A DNA stretch of 64,000 nucleotides, from positions 26,242-90,241 of the forward strand of contig CAYRAM010000008.1 of the NCBI GenBank assembly GCA_964422295.1, written 5' to 3'. Shown piece after piece: positions 48,554-58,954 of the stretch. Position 1 is the stretch's first letter. Every line of letters starts with the position of its first letter. Below the pieces are notes generated by a model. It was given only the letters and a program-made list of their open reading frames with translations. It did not search any database and was not told where the DNA came from. This DNA is from an uncultured Planctomycetia bacterium. Lineage in GTDB: Bacteria > Planctomycetota > UBA8108 > UBA1146. Made by a program: the position numbers and the translations under genes.

Positions 48554-48963
48554 CAGTGCACTTTCCCCTGATTCAAGGGTCTCGAGATGAGATCCACCAC
48601 CTCACTTTTCAAGGTGTCAAAATCCAACTCGGAACATCCTGGCCGCGGAATCAAAATGATATCCCTGATTGCCGGCGCACAGTCGCGTTGAGTACGAAAA
48701 ATCTCTCGTAGACGACGCTTGAGCAGATTTCGAACCACCGCATTGCCGACTTTGCGGCTGACTGCGAGGCCCAGCCGGCATTCATCCCTATCTGTTTCGT
48801 GAACCACCGCCCGGATGTGGCGGGTGCTGGCGCGTACACCTTGATCGAAGATGATTTGGAAATCGCCTTTGCGACAGATCCTGGAGGACCGGGGGAATTG
48901 ATGATTGCGCAAGGCCGTACCTCCCACCTCCTCAGGTGGTGGAATCAGCCACCGAGTGGCCAT
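48553..48963 (-). CDS. rnpA: RNase P protein component.
   Basis: The translation FPRSSRICRKGDFQIIFDQGVRASTRH...LKRRLRE resembles RnpA, and the gene sits immediately upstream of yidD. The start is uncertain because it overlaps the convergent upstream gene. Confidence 0.8.
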   Translation of the reverse strand: MATRWLIPPPEEVGGTALRNHQFPRSSRICRKGDFQIIFDQGVRASTRHIRAVVHETDRDECRLGLAVSRKVGNAVVRNLLKRRLREIFRTQRDCAPAIRDIILIPRPGCSELDFDTLKSEVVDLISRPLNQGKVH

Positions 48964-50014
48964 TCAAATGACGGGCCTCCTCGAGACGATTCTCAGCAAC
49001 CCGGTAAGCCGCTTCTGCGGGGGTCAGGCTTTCCCTGCGTGCAGTTTCGAAAACTTCGCGCAATCCGTCATAGATGTTTTCGATCTTGGCAACTGCTGTC
49101 CGCTCATGGTAACCCCCGGGCCGCACTTCTACCGACACATTGATGATTCCACCGGCGTTGATGATGAAATCCGGTGCGTAGAGGATGTCCAAGTCATGGA
49201 GCTTCTCTGCATGGACTTCTTCAAGGAGCTGGTTGTTGGCCGCACCTGCAACCACTTTGACCTTGAGGCGGGGAATCGTCTCATCATTGAGAATCCCTCC
49301 GAGTGCACAGGGTATGAAGACATCGGAATCGACATCATAAATCTCATCTCCCGAAACAACTTCGACCCCTGGCAGCGCAGAAAATTCGGTGCAAAGATCT
49401 GCATTGATATCGCTCACCGTCACCCGTGCACCCAGCATCGAGAGACAACGAACCACTTCTCCACCGACCTGGCCTAGCCCCTGGACAGAGTAGTGCAATC
49501 GATCCAGGTGGCTCGTCCCGAACTTCTCTTCAGTGCAGGCGAATAGACCACGGATTACCCCACGTGCTGTGAAGGGGGAGGGATTGCCGCTGGAACCGGA
49601 TTGGCGACTCAATCCGGTGACGTAGGGAGTCTCCTCATGCAGCCATTCCAATTCCTGAATGCCGATACCGACATCTTCTGCGGTGATATAGGTGCCACCG
49701 AGGGAATCGACGAATCGGCCCATCGCTCTGAAGAGATTTTCACTTTTGTCATTGTTCCGATCCCCAATGATGACCGCCTTGCCACCGCCCAGACCGGTAT
49801 TGGCACAGGCGCTCTTGTAGGTCATCCCTTTTGAGAGGCGCAAGACATCCAAGATCGCTTCTTCTTCGGTGGCGTAATCCCACATGCGCAATCCACCGAG
49901 AGCAGGACCAAGAGTGGTATCGTGAACAGCGATGACCGCCCTGAGCCCGAATTCCGGGGCTCTGGCCATGACGACGTTCTCGTATCCTTCTGCTTCGATC
50001 TTTTCTATCTTCAT
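48932..50014 (-). CDS. Glu/Leu/Phe/Val dehydrogenase family enzyme; by size and similarity most likely a leucine/valine dehydrogenase.
   Basis: The likely start is MKIEKIEAEGYENVVMA... at 50014. The catalytic motif is KSACANTGLGGGKAVIIGD, and the NAD-binding domain contains GLGQVGG. Confidence 0.8.
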   Translation of the reverse strand: MKIEKIEAEGYENVVMARAPEFGLRAVIAVHDTTLGPALGGLRMWDYATEEEAILDVLRLSKGMTYKSACANTGLGGGKAVIIGDRNNDKSENLFRAMGRFVDSLGGTYITAEDVGIGIQELEWLHEETPYVTGLSRQSGSSGNPSPFTARGVIRGLFACTEEKFGTSHLDRLHYSVQGLGQVGGEVVRCLSMLGARVTVSDINADLCTEFSALPGVEVVSGDEIYDVDSDVFIPCALGGILNDETIPRLKVKVVAGAANNQLLEEVHAEKLHDLDILYAPDFIINAGGIINVSVEVRPGGYHERTAVAKIENIYDGLREVFETARRESLTPAEAAYRVAENRLEEARHLNGHSVADSTT

Positions 50015-50338
50015 ATCTTCCCCTTGATCAGTGGTCTTCGGCAGAGTTCCCGAATAGATTCGGAATCCCGTCCCCCTCGTCCAGAATAGGGTCCCCGGAG
50101 AAAATCCCTTATCCCCTTGGGCAATCTCTGGAACGATCCTGAAATCCGGGCCGTTGCGGGGGTGCGGGGAGTTTTGGTCTGCACCCAATCTTTCATTCTT
50201 CGATCGATGCAGGGGCTCTAACCTGTATTGTAACCTCCGCATGACAGGTCATGAAGTGAATCGAAATATGCCACTGAAGCCGATAACCTCATCACAAGTT
50301 CATATATATAAAGGATTTGCGAGATCAATCCTGTCCCT

Positions 50339-51820
50339 TTGCAGTCCTTGCAATCGACCCATCCAGGAAGTAGACATAGACGATCCCAAGGCCACGGAGT
50401 TCCGTTGAAATACCAAAACTTCCTGACAAAAAGATACCTTCGACGTCGGTGGGCTCCGTGGGTGGCCACCATGGCAGTTGCCTTGGGTGTTTTCTCCCTC
50501 TTGACGGTTCTGGCAGTGATGGAGGGATTCAAAGTCGAGATGCGAGACAGGATCAGGGGAACACTGTCCCATCTTTCCATTGAGGCAGACCCCTTCCGCG
50601 GACTGGTCGGTGAAGACCTGCTCCTCGAAGCGATCCAAGGGGTCGAGGGGGTGGCTGCGGCGGCTCCCCACGTGACAACGCTCGCGCTCTACAAAGTCGG
50701 CGTCATGGACCACTGCGTTCTCCGGGGTGTCGATCCGATCTCAGAGTGTCAGGTCTCCGACCTGGCCCGCTTCCTTCTCTCCGATGAAGAAGTCAACAAT
50801 ATGCTGCAGAATCGCTATATGATCCTGCCCCCCGACCGCGAACCGATGCCGTCGGAAGAGGTCGAACAACTCTTCTCCCTGAAGAGGAGAAGAGAGATCC
50901 TGCGCTGGCGTCTGGAGGAAGATCCCGGATCAGGGTTTTCCGTCGATTCTCCACCCCAAGCGATCATCGTCGGCATCGAAGCGCTGCGCAGTTTCCGACT
51001 ACAGATGGGAGACGTCGTTCAGGTTTCCTCCTATTCGCCCGTCACATTGGAGCCCTGTTCCGGTAATTTCCTGGTTGTGGGTGCTTTCCAATCCGGTGTG
51101 TACGAGCAGGATATGAGATGGGCATTCACGCATATCCGATCACTGCAAAACACTCTGGAACTTTGGGATGACGAAGCGGAAGACATGCGTCTCTCCGGAA
51201 TTTCGGTGAAACTGGACGACTATTCCGATGCGCAAGAAATCAAGGGCGAGATTCGCCGCGAGGTCGAACGCCGCATGCTTCTTGACAGTGACAACCCTCA
51301 GAAAATCCCCCTGCGCAGCCCCTCTTACGAAACCTGGGAAGACAAGAGGGCCAATCTGATTCAGGCGGTCGAAATCGAGAAGCGCATCATCTCAGTGTTG
51401 ATGCTCTTGATCGTTGCATTCGCGGCAGGAATGATCTTCCTGATCCTGATGCTGCTGGTGATCGAGAAGCAACGGGATCTTGGGGTGCTCAGAGCCATGG
51501 GGGCGACCAGGGGTGGAATCGTTTCACTGGTGCTGCGGCAGGGGCTGTTTCTATGCACTTTGGGAGCGGGATTCGGCTTGTTAGGCGGGTGGATCTTCCT
51601 TGAAAACATCAATGCCTTCCACGACTGGGTCTACCAGATGACCGGCTTGCGACTGTTCCCACCCAACGTTTACTACCTGGAGAGGATCCCGGCGATCCTG
51701 CGCTGGCAGGACATCCTTCTGGTGTGCATGCCCACCCTGGTTTTTGGTTTTTTGGGCAGCATTCTTCCTGCGGTCCGTGCCGGCCGCCAAGATCCCATCA
51801 AGGCGTTGCACCATGAATGA
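50339..51820 (+). CDS. ABC transporter permease of the LolC/E (FtsX-like) family.
   Basis: The protein has an N-terminal TM helix, a large periplasmic domain and a C-terminal FtsX 3-TM bundle. The start is uncertain. Confidence 0.75.
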   Translation: MQSLQSTHPGSRHRRSQGHGVPLKYQNFLTKRYLRRRWAPWVATMAVALGVFSLLTVLAVMEGFKVEMRDRIRGTLSHLSIEADPFRGLVGEDLLLEAIQGVEGVAAAAPHVTTLALYKVGVMDHCVLRGVDPISECQVSDLARFLLSDEEVNNMLQNRYMILPPDREPMPSEEVEQLFSLKRRREILRWRLEEDPGSGFSVDSPPQAIIVGIEALRSFRLQMGDVVQVSSYSPVTLEPCSGNFLVVGAFQSGVYEQDMRWAFTHIRSLQNTLELWDDEAEDMRLSGISVKLDDYSDAQEIKGEIRREVERRMLLDSDNPQKIPLRSPSYETWEDKRANLIQAVEIEKRIISVLMLLIVAFAAGMIFLILMLLVIEKQRDLGVLRAMGATRGGIVSLVLRQGLFLCTLGAGFGLLGGWIFLENINAFHDWVYQMTGLRLFPPNVYYLERIPAILRWQDILLVCMPTLVFGFLGSILPAVRAGRQDPIKALHHE

Positions 51821-52553
51821 GATGTCCGCTCCACTCCCGGTGATCTCAGCGAGCAAGTTGGTGAAGTCATTCTCCATGGCGAACGGGTCAGAACTCAAGG
51901 TCTTGCGAGAGCTCGACGTGGAGATTCACGAAGCAGAAATGGTCGCCGTCGTTGGGTTGAGTGGCGTTGGCAAGAGCACCCTGCTGCATTGTCTGGGGCT
52001 TCTTGATACTCCCACCAGCGGGGAAATCACTTACAGAGATGACGCTCACGCGTGGCGGTCGTCTGATCTCGCCGAGGATGATCGCTGCCGATTGCGGAAT
52101 CATTTCATCGGCTTTGTCTTTCAATTTTTCCATCTGCTGCCGGACCTCGACGTTTTGGAAAACGTGTTGCTACCCACCCTCGTCAGCCAAAAAACCAATG
52201 AATGGAATAGCCATCGCTCAATGTTGGAGCAGAAAGGCAAGGCTCTACTGGAGAGGGTCGGCTTGAAGGGCCGTGAACTTCAGGCCCCGGGAACACTTTC
52301 AGGAGGTGAGCGTCAACGTGTCGCCATTGCCCGTGCTTTGATGCAGTCACCGAAACTGCTGCTCTGTGACGAACCCACCGGAAATCTCGATTCACGCACC
52401 AGTGAAAGCATTCATCAGTTGCTGCGTGAACTGCATCAGGATCTTTCCACTTCCATCCTGGTGGTTACCCACGATCCGGATTTGGCTTCGCTGGCAGATC
52501 GCCGCTTGCAAATGGTCGACGGTCGCTTCGAGAGCGACACTGCCAGCCAGTAA
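51813..52553 (+). CDS. ABC transporter ATP-binding protein (LolD-like).
   Basis: The Walker A motif is GLSGVGKSTLL, the signature is LSGGERQRVAIARAL, and the Walker B motif is LLLCDEPTGNLD. The start overlaps the permease stop. Confidence 0.85.
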   Translation: MNEMSAPLPVISASKLVKSFSMANGSELKVLRELDVEIHEAEMVAVVGLSGVGKSTLLHCLGLLDTPTSGEITYRDDAHAWRSSDLAEDDRCRLRNHFIGFVFQFFHLLPDLDVLENVLLPTLVSQKTNEWNSHRSMLEQKGKALLERVGLKGRELQAPGTLSGGERQRVAIARALMQSPKLLLCDEPTGNLDSRTSESIHQLLRELHQDLSTSILVVTHDPDLASLADRRLQMVDGRFESDTASQ

Positions 52554-52562
52554 ACCGCTGGT

Positions 52563-53219
52563 TCAAACTGATTCTTCCGAATGCAGAGGGATCGATTCCA
52601 CCCCTTCCAATGGCTCGTGCAATGCCATGAGTATCGCTTTTCCACGGGACTTCTCTGCCTTCAGCCTGGCGAGTATTCCCTGCTTGTGTGCGGCATTTTG
52701 GGCGGAGAAAGGTTCATCCAAAATCAACAAGGGAGAGCCACAACCGATGGCCCTGAGCAACTCCCCGCGCTGGGCTTCTCCTCCGGAAAGTTGATCCGGT
52801 TTGCGATCCAGGAGTGATTCCAGATTCAAATCCCGGGCACATTCAAGGAGTTCAGTTCCTGAGAATGCTTCGGGGTGCAATCCACTCTGCTGACGAAGTG
52901 TCATGTGAGGCCAAAGTCCCCGTTGCTGCCCCAACCAACCGATTCCTCTCTGCCAAGGTGCGACCGATTCTGAAATGGGAGGCTGGAGGTCGATGGACTC
53001 AGCAGCTCTTTCCATCTCCACTCCGGAAATCAGGACATTGCCCGACTCCACAGGAAGAAACCCGGCCACCGCTTCGAGTAAACTGCTCTTCCCTGAACCG
53101 TTCGCTCCAACGATGGCGATCCCATCTCCGGCATGGAGTGACAGGCTCAATGGACCCATGCATCGTTCACCCCGACGAACCACCAATTGCTTGAGTTCGA
53201 GTAATGCCTCAGTTGCCAA
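52563..53219 (-). CDS. ABC transporter ATP-binding protein, likely the Fe3+/thiamine-type ATPase of the adjacent importer.
   Basis: The Walker A motif is GANGSGKSSLL, the signature is LSGGEAQRGELLRAI, and the Walker B motif is LLILDEPFS. Confidence 0.8.
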   Translation of the reverse strand: MATEALLELKQLVVRRGERCMGPLSLSLHAGDGIAIVGANGSGKSSLLEAVAGFLPVESGNVLISGVEMERAAESIDLQPPISESVAPWQRGIGWLGQQRGLWPHMTLRQQSGLHPEAFSGTELLECARDLNLESLLDRKPDQLSGGEAQRGELLRAIGCGSPLLILDEPFSAQNAAHKQGILARLKAEKSRGKAILMALHEPLEGVESIPLHSEESV

Positions 53220-54708
53220 CCGGATCTCCTTTTCTTCGGACCAGCCAGGAAAAGAGCACTGTCCACATCAAACTGATCACCACCAGAGAAAGTGCCAACC
53301 TCGCAGCTTGCTCATCATTGCGGAAGTGCAGCAATTGGTGCAACTCCAAGGCCGGCGACGGATGTCCCGGAGGAGCGAGGATCAGAGTCGATTGAACTTC
53401 TCCCAAAATCAAAAGGATGCCCAAAATCGCTGCCGGCATTAGCACCGGAAGGGATCTTGGAAACAACACCCTCCAGCGGATCCAACCGGGGGGTAGCAGT
53501 TGAGCAGCATTCAACTCGGACTTTGGAATCATGCGCGTCGAAAGCAGTCCTGCGATGACCGCGAGAGCTCCCAATTGCACTGTTTGGGCAAGAGACAGAA
53601 GGAGCGGAAAGCGATCGAATGCCGCTGGCAACCAAGGTCTCACCGCTGAGGCGAGGGCAAGTCCGATCAGACTCGCAGGAAGAAAGGTCGGCATGCACCA
53701 CAACATCAGTGACCTGAATCGGTGATGCTGAGCCAGAGACCAACATGCGAGAAATGACACCGCAACGACGACCACCGCCCTCGGTATCTCCTTGAGACCA
53801 CCCCACAATGCTCCCAGAAACTCGCTGCTGGCAGCCTCGCTGTCTGAGGCCTGCGGCCAGGCGGTCACCAACAACATCAGGAGCAAGGCCACCACTGGGA
53901 CAAGCCTCAGCAACCACCAAAGCAATGGCCAATTGGATCGGGGCAAACCACGGGAGTTCCTGGCCTGAAAATTTCTGCCCATCAGTTTCTGCGATGGAAA
54001 CCAGTAAACGAGGATCGGCAATAGCAGTAACGCCATTCCCATCGCCAACCACCAACCGGACAGTCCATCCCCGATCGTCAGTCGGGCCATGATCCTTCGT
54101 GAAATCGTCTCAACTCCGGTATACGAAGGAATTTCAGCAGCAGGCATCATCAACAAACACATCAATAGAAAGCAGGCTCGACGCCACGGTGCCTGCAATT
54201 GCCATCGCAATCGCAATGCGGTCCTCGGAGGAAGCTGTCGCAGTGCCAACTCCTGGCCATCGGGGATCGTCAGCGTCAAACCGGTCAAAATCAAGAAAGC
54301 CACCGGTGCCCAACGCAGGGTCAGCAGCAGAATCGTACCGATTTCATCCCTGGCTCCGCCGATCAACATCGTCGAGCCAAACGAAGACTGGATCGCCGAT
54401 GCGATGGCTGCAGGAGGAGTGGTAAAGGTCAGCAACAGACAAGGCATCAACCACAGCCACGCACCCCGCGGTTGCCTGAACGCCGAAAAAATCAGTGCGT
54501 CTGCCGATCCCAAGAGAGTCGACAGGAAGGCAGCGACGAAGACCAGCACCGCAGTGGAAAAGAGAAGAGGAAGTGCTGCCCAAGTGCTTGAGATGGCGAC
54601 GGACCAGGACCCCAACCGGGCATCGCTGATCAATGTGATCGCCACCGGAAGATAAAAACCCAATCCGACGACCCATAAGGGCCAGGATCGGGAAACATAA
54701 CTTTTCAT
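53209..54708 (-). CDS. ABC importer permease with duplicated BPD_transp_1 domains (FbpB/ThiP-like, about 12 TM helices).
   Basis: The protein is a long polytopic permease of about 500 aa. Its start, ATG 54708, overlaps the substrate-binding protein stop in an ATGA arrangement. Confidence 0.75.
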   Translation of the reverse strand: MKSYVSRSWPLWVVGLGFYLPVAITLISDARLGSWSVAISSTWAALPLLFSTAVLVFVAAFLSTLLGSADALIFSAFRQPRGAWLWLMPCLLLTFTTPPAAIASAIQSSFGSTMLIGGARDEIGTILLLTLRWAPVAFLILTGLTLTIPDGQELALRQLPPRTALRLRWQLQAPWRRACFLLMCLLMMPAAEIPSYTGVETISRRIMARLTIGDGLSGWWLAMGMALLLLPILVYWFPSQKLMGRNFQARNSRGLPRSNWPLLWWLLRLVPVVALLLMLLVTAWPQASDSEAASSEFLGALWGGLKEIPRAVVVVAVSFLACWSLAQHHRFRSLMLWCMPTFLPASLIGLALASAVRPWLPAAFDRFPLLLSLAQTVQLGALAVIAGLLSTRMIPKSELNAAQLLPPGWIRWRVLFPRSLPVLMPAAILGILLILGEVQSTLILAPPGHPSPALELHQLLHFRNDEQAARLALSLVVISLMWTVLFSWLVRRKGDPVGN

Positions 54709-55724
54709 CGACGATCCAGTAGAGCCCTTTCCACATCCCGGATCGCTCCGGGAAGTGTGTCTGCAGCAGCATCCCAATTCACCGGCAAAGTTCGCCCGAG
54801 ATCCTCCAATGCCAGCCCCCCAACAGGAACTTTGGCATCTCTGTTGAGCGGGATTTGCCTACTGGAAGATGCTGCCAGCATCTCTTCCACACGGGGACTG
54901 AGCAACCAGCGCGCAAGGGTCTCTCCCTGTTGGGGCCTGGGTGAACCGGACACCAATCCGACGACATTGGGAAGCAGGATCACCCCATCCCCCTCCGTGA
55001 AGCCCTCGCCAATCTTTACCCCTCGCCTCCGCACAACTTCGATATCATCCGTATCTGTGAGCCCAATCCACACTTCCCCCGAAATGACCCGATCGCGGGT
55101 GGCAGAGTTGGAGGCCACGACCCTGACGTCATTGTTCTTGAGTGCATCCAACCAACCAAGAAACTCATCCTCACCCCATACCCATTTGAGGATCGCCATG
55201 TGAGTTCCCGTCGTTCCCAAACGGGGATCTGCAATCGCAACTTTGCCACGCCAACGATCCTGCACCAGTTCCTTCACCGAACCCGGCGCGCCAGATTCGG
55301 CAGCGGGGGATTCCGGGGCCAGAGCCAATGCTCTGACACGACCGGCAAAGCCGCACCACAAGCCGGAAGGATCTTTCCAACGAGAATCGATTCCGGGAGC
55401 GATGTCCTGTGGCAATGGGCGGTAGATTCCCTCACGGGCCAATCGCACCGAACGCAGTGGTTCATTCGACCAGTGAACATCACACCGAGGCCTTTGCCGC
55501 TCTGCACGCAGCCTTTCAGCAAGGCCCACAGTTTTGCTCGCCTCGGTATCGAAGACCGCCTCGACTCGTATTCCGGTTTCCTTCTCAAAGAGATCGAGGA
55601 CCTTCTCTGCGTGGGCCCGGTCATGGGCACAATAAATTGTCACCACCGGAGAAGTCTCTCCCTGGCACCCGATCAAGCAGAGAATTATCAGCAAGAAGCG
55701 ATTCAAGAGGGGTCCTCCAGCCAA
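54705..55724 (-). CDS. Periplasmic Fe3+-binding protein of an ABC importer (FbpA/AfuA-like substrate-binding protein), a lipoprotein.
   Basis: The lipobox is LIGCQG, and the substrate-binding-protein fold motifs are VVTIYCAHDRAHAEKVLDLFEKETGIRV. Confidence 0.75.
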   Translation of the reverse strand: MAGGPLLNRFLLIILCLIGCQGETSPVVTIYCAHDRAHAEKVLDLFEKETGIRVEAVFDTEASKTVGLAERLRAERQRPRCDVHWSNEPLRSVRLAREGIYRPLPQDIAPGIDSRWKDPSGLWCGFAGRVRALALAPESPAAESGAPGSVKELVQDRWRGKVAIADPRLGTTGTHMAILKWVWGEDEFLGWLDALKNNDVRVVASNSATRDRVISGEVWIGLTDTDDIEVVRRRGVKIGEGFTEGDGVILLPNVVGLVSGSPRPQQGETLARWLLSPRVEEMLAASSSRQIPLNRDAKVPVGGLALEDLGRTLPVNWDAAADTLPGAIRDVERALLDRR

Positions 55725-56359
55725 CGGCCATCCTTGAGGGCGAGAACTCGATCTGCACGATCCGCAACTTGTGAATCATGGGTCACCAAGATCAGAGTCG
55801 TCTTGTAGTCTTCCCGCAACTCTGACAACAGATCGAGGATTTGCTGGCCATTTTCACTGTCCAAATTCCCCGTCGGCTCATCACAGAGGAGAAGATCCGG
55901 ATTTTTGACCAGGGCCCTGGCGATGGCCACACGCTGTCTTTCTCCCCCGCTCAATTGGGATGGGCGATGGTGCATGCGGTCAGATAGATGGACGCGATTC
56001 AAAGTATCTTGTGGATTCCCGTGCTCCTTGCCTCCTCTGCGGTACTCGAGGGGCAACCTGACATTGGCCAACGCATCCCGATCTCCGAGCAGATGGAACG
56101 ATTGAAAAACAAATCCGATGGTCTCATTGCGAACCCTTGCCATATCGCGTTCGGACAGGGAAAGAACGTCTTTCCCCGACAGGTGATATCTCCCTGAGTC
56201 GGCACGATCGAGACAACCAAGTATTTGCAGAAGAGTGCTCTTTCCACTGCCGGATGCGCCGACGATGGCGACAAACTCTCCACGAGAGATTTGCAGATCG
56301 ACCCCTGCCAATGCCCGAACGGCGGTTTCACCATCACCGAAGGATCTTTCGATCCCCTG
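55703..56359 (-). CDS. ABC transporter ATP-binding protein (MacB/LolD-type).
   Basis: The Walker A motif is GASGSGKSTLL, the signature is LSGGERQRVAIARAL, and the Walker B motif is LLLCDEPTGNLD. The likely start is MQGIERSF. Confidence 0.85.
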   Translation of the reverse strand, partial: QGIERSFGDGETAVRALAGVDLQISRGEFVAIVGASGSGKSTLLQILGCLDRADSGRYHLSGKDVLSLSERDMARVRNETIGFVFQSFHLLGDRDALANVRLPLEYRRGGKEHGNPQDTLNRVHLSDRMHHRPSQLSGGERQRVAIARALVKNPDLLLCDEPTGNLDSENGQQILDLLSELREDYKTTLILVTHDSQVADRADRVLALKDGRWLEDPS

Positions 56360-56394
56360 CATATCCACGATCAGATCTTGCGAAGCAGATGAAC

Positions 56395-57651
56395 TCAAAT
56401 ATCTCTCCGTCCACAGAGAACCGGTGCGGGATCCAGGGTCGCCACACGCCAGGCAGGCAACACTGCGGACAGCATCGCTGTCAATATCATTGCAACAAAG
56501 GTTCCGGCAAGGGTCGAGGGGGGAAGCCATGCCTGCCAACCGAGAACCGGTTCGATCCCCGTGCTAATAATTTTCAAACCCAACCAATACCCCGGGATCA
56601 GGGCAAACAGTGCAAGTATTCCGGCCTCCAGAAAGACAGGACCCGTCACTTGCAACACCCTCGCACCCTCAGCTCGTCTCAGGGCAACCTCTTCCATACT
56701 TTCGTCGATGGCCAACAGGGAGATGGTCGCCGTGAGAATCAAGACGATGACCAGATCGAGGATCCAGATGAAGTGCGCCAATCCGCGGAATCGATCCACC
56801 ATTTCCATGACGACACCGGTCCACTCTTTCTGGACATGGAGATACACACCTTTGTCACCGGAACGAACCCAATTTTCGACCTTTGACTGGACCTCTTCCA
56901 CACTATCAACATCCTTCGAATCAAGAATCACCAACGATGGCTGGTCGCTCCCTTCTCTCCAAGGCATGTACAGATTCAGGAATTCCAATCGTCGGGCAGG
57001 AATCGAACGTGCCCGGGAAGTGGCATCGAAAGAACTCAAATGCTGACGCAGCAGCAAGGGATCCCTGACCACACCGACGATTTCGCAATCGATGGAATTG
57101 GCATCCCGAATCGAACGAAACTTCTTACCCAGGGCATCCTCGGCCTGACTGAAAAATTTCAGTGCCAATGCCTCATCGATCACCGTCGGAATCGGCGACT
57201 CTCCATCCGTTGGCCAACGGTCTTCCGCGGTGAGAAATCTCCCTGCCAACATCCCTGAACGCAGAACAGACTGGAAACCGGGGGTTGTCGAAACCATGGT
57301 GTGGCGCCAAGTGATCTCACCGTGGGTGGTCAATCCCAAATCGATCACCAAAGGTGAAATTGAATCGACCGAGTCGCCGAGAAGCGCTGTGAGTGATCGC
57401 ACGTCCTCTGCTTTTATCTTTTCTCCGGCAGTGATCGTCCCCAGAGGAACCACTCCCAATTTGAGCGGATTGATCAGTGCAATCAGGTCCGAACCGAGTG
57501 CTTCAAGATCGTGTTCGATGGCTCGACGCCCACCTTCGAAAGTGCCGACGATACTGATCACCGAAGAGAGGCCGAAGACGAATGTGAGTGTCACCAAAAG
57601 GGATCTCACCTTGTGTTTTCGGATTCTGGAAAAGGCATCCCAAAGAATCAT
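56395..57651 (-). CDS. ABC transporter permease with a MacB-like periplasmic domain and a C-terminal FtsX domain.
   Basis: The protein has an N-terminal TM helix (LLVTLTFVFGLSSVISIV), a periplasmic domain and a C-terminal 3-TM FtsX fold. Confidence 0.75.
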   Translation of the reverse strand: MILWDAFSRIRKHKVRSLLVTLTFVFGLSSVISIVGTFEGGRRAIEHDLEALGSDLIALINPLKLGVVPLGTITAGEKIKAEDVRSLTALLGDSVDSISPLVIDLGLTTHGEITWRHTMVSTTPGFQSVLRSGMLAGRFLTAEDRWPTDGESPIPTVIDEALALKFFSQAEDALGKKFRSIRDANSIDCEIVGVVRDPLLLRQHLSSFDATSRARSIPARRLEFLNLYMPWREGSDQPSLVILDSKDVDSVEEVQSKVENWVRSGDKGVYLHVQKEWTGVVMEMVDRFRGLAHFIWILDLVIVLILTATISLLAIDESMEEVALRRAEGARVLQVTGPVFLEAGILALFALIPGYWLGLKIISTGIEPVLGWQAWLPPSTLAGTFVAMILTAMLSAVLPAWRVATLDPAPVLCGRRDI

Positions 57652-57658
57652 GATTCGA

Positions 57659-58954
57659 TTACCGCTTCTCACTGAGCAAACCAGCGGGATCGACACCGCT
57701 GACCGACCATGCAGGACCTGCTGAAGCGACGGCGGCCCCGAGACTGACGATGAGAACCGATTCTATAATCGTCGCCCATGGCCACGTGACTGCCAGCAGT
57801 GCAGAAGGATCGAGCCAGACCCTGATCTCTGCCAGCCCCATTCCCACCAAAGTTCCCAAGAATGCGCCAAAGAGGGCGATCGCCAATCCTTCCCAAAGAA
57901 ACTGCCGGAAGATATCAAAGCGTGTCGCTCCTTCCGCCCGTCTCAAGCCGACCTCTCCGCGCCGGCGACGCCCCGTCAACAGCAACAGATTGGCCAGGAC
58001 CACAAATCCCGTCACCGCAGAGATGGCAAAAAACACCTCATGGAGAACCAGGTAGCCATCCAGTTCAGGGCTCGCAAGAATCGCCCAGGCGGCATTGCTG
58101 TAGACGAGGGGGGCACAGCCCCTTCTCAATAGCACTTCCTCTGCGAGATCACCGATCTCCTGGACCCGGGCGGGATCGGTCTTGATCACGATCCAGTCCA
58201 CCTCTTCAGTGGCCACTGGAAGATCCTGACGATCGACATGCACGGAAGTACCCGCTTCAAGCCATGGAGCCGAGTCAGGGGCAACACCCAACATCTTGAG
58301 GACTCCCTCGATCATCTCTGAGAAAGAGTGATCCTTGCCAAAACCGAGGGGGTCGATGGCCGCCACCGGAGCCATCACTCCGGCAACGATGAAGCGGGTC
58401 GCCCCCTCCGGCGAGGCCGTCCCCAGGCCAACCCTGAAACTGTTGAAGGATCCGGGTGCGATCCAAACCTCCCGACCGGGGAGATCTGTTTCCGACTCCC
58501 CTTCCTTGAGCCACATCCGGGCCAAATCTGATTCCACAACTAATTCCGGTGGCTTAGACCCTGGCCTCAACCAACGACCCGCCGTCAACTCAAGAGATCT
58601 GACGAAAGGCTCTTCGGGATCGGTTTGAAGGATCCAGCCGGAAACGGTACGAGCCGATGTGAATCGGGCATTTATCGCCGAAATTCCGCTGACACCTCCT
58701 GCCGGATCTGTGGATCGGAGCCGTGACTTCAAGGCTTTCAGATCGGCTTCATCGAGGAATCTTGGAGAACCATCCTGGGCTTCCAACTGGATTCGGTCTG
58801 TCCCCAATTCTTCAGACCTCTCGACCGCCGCACTCCGGGATCCTTGCAGAATCGCCGCAGGAACGACCATCAAGGTCACCGCCCAGAGGATCCCCTGGCA
58901 AATCAGCAGGGACCTGATCGGATGGCGGATCAATTCTCGAATCGCACCGATCAT
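57659..58954 (-). CDS. Second FtsX-family ABC permease of the same system.
   Basis: The ATG at 58954 is preceded by GGAGGATGGTGGC. The protein has an N-terminal TM helix, a periplasmic domain and a C-terminal FtsX 3-TM bundle. Confidence 0.75.
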   Translation of the reverse strand: MIGAIRELIRHPIRSLLICQGILWAVTLMVVPAAILQGSRSAAVERSEELGTDRIQLEAQDGSPRFLDEADLKALKSRLRSTDPAGGVSGISAINARFTSARTVSGWILQTDPEEPFVRSLELTAGRWLRPGSKPPELVVESDLARMWLKEGESETDLPGREVWIAPGSFNSFRVGLGTASPEGATRFIVAGVMAPVAAIDPLGFGKDHSFSEMIEGVLKMLGVAPDSAPWLEAGTSVHVDRQDLPVATEEVDWIVIKTDPARVQEIGDLAEEVLLRRGCAPLVYSNAAWAILASPELDGYLVLHEVFFAISAVTGFVVLANLLLLTGRRRRGEVGLRRAEGATRFDIFRQFLWEGLAIALFGAFLGTLVGMGLAEIRVWLDPSALLAVTWPWATIIESVLIVSLGAAVASAGPAWSVSGVDPAGLLSEKR

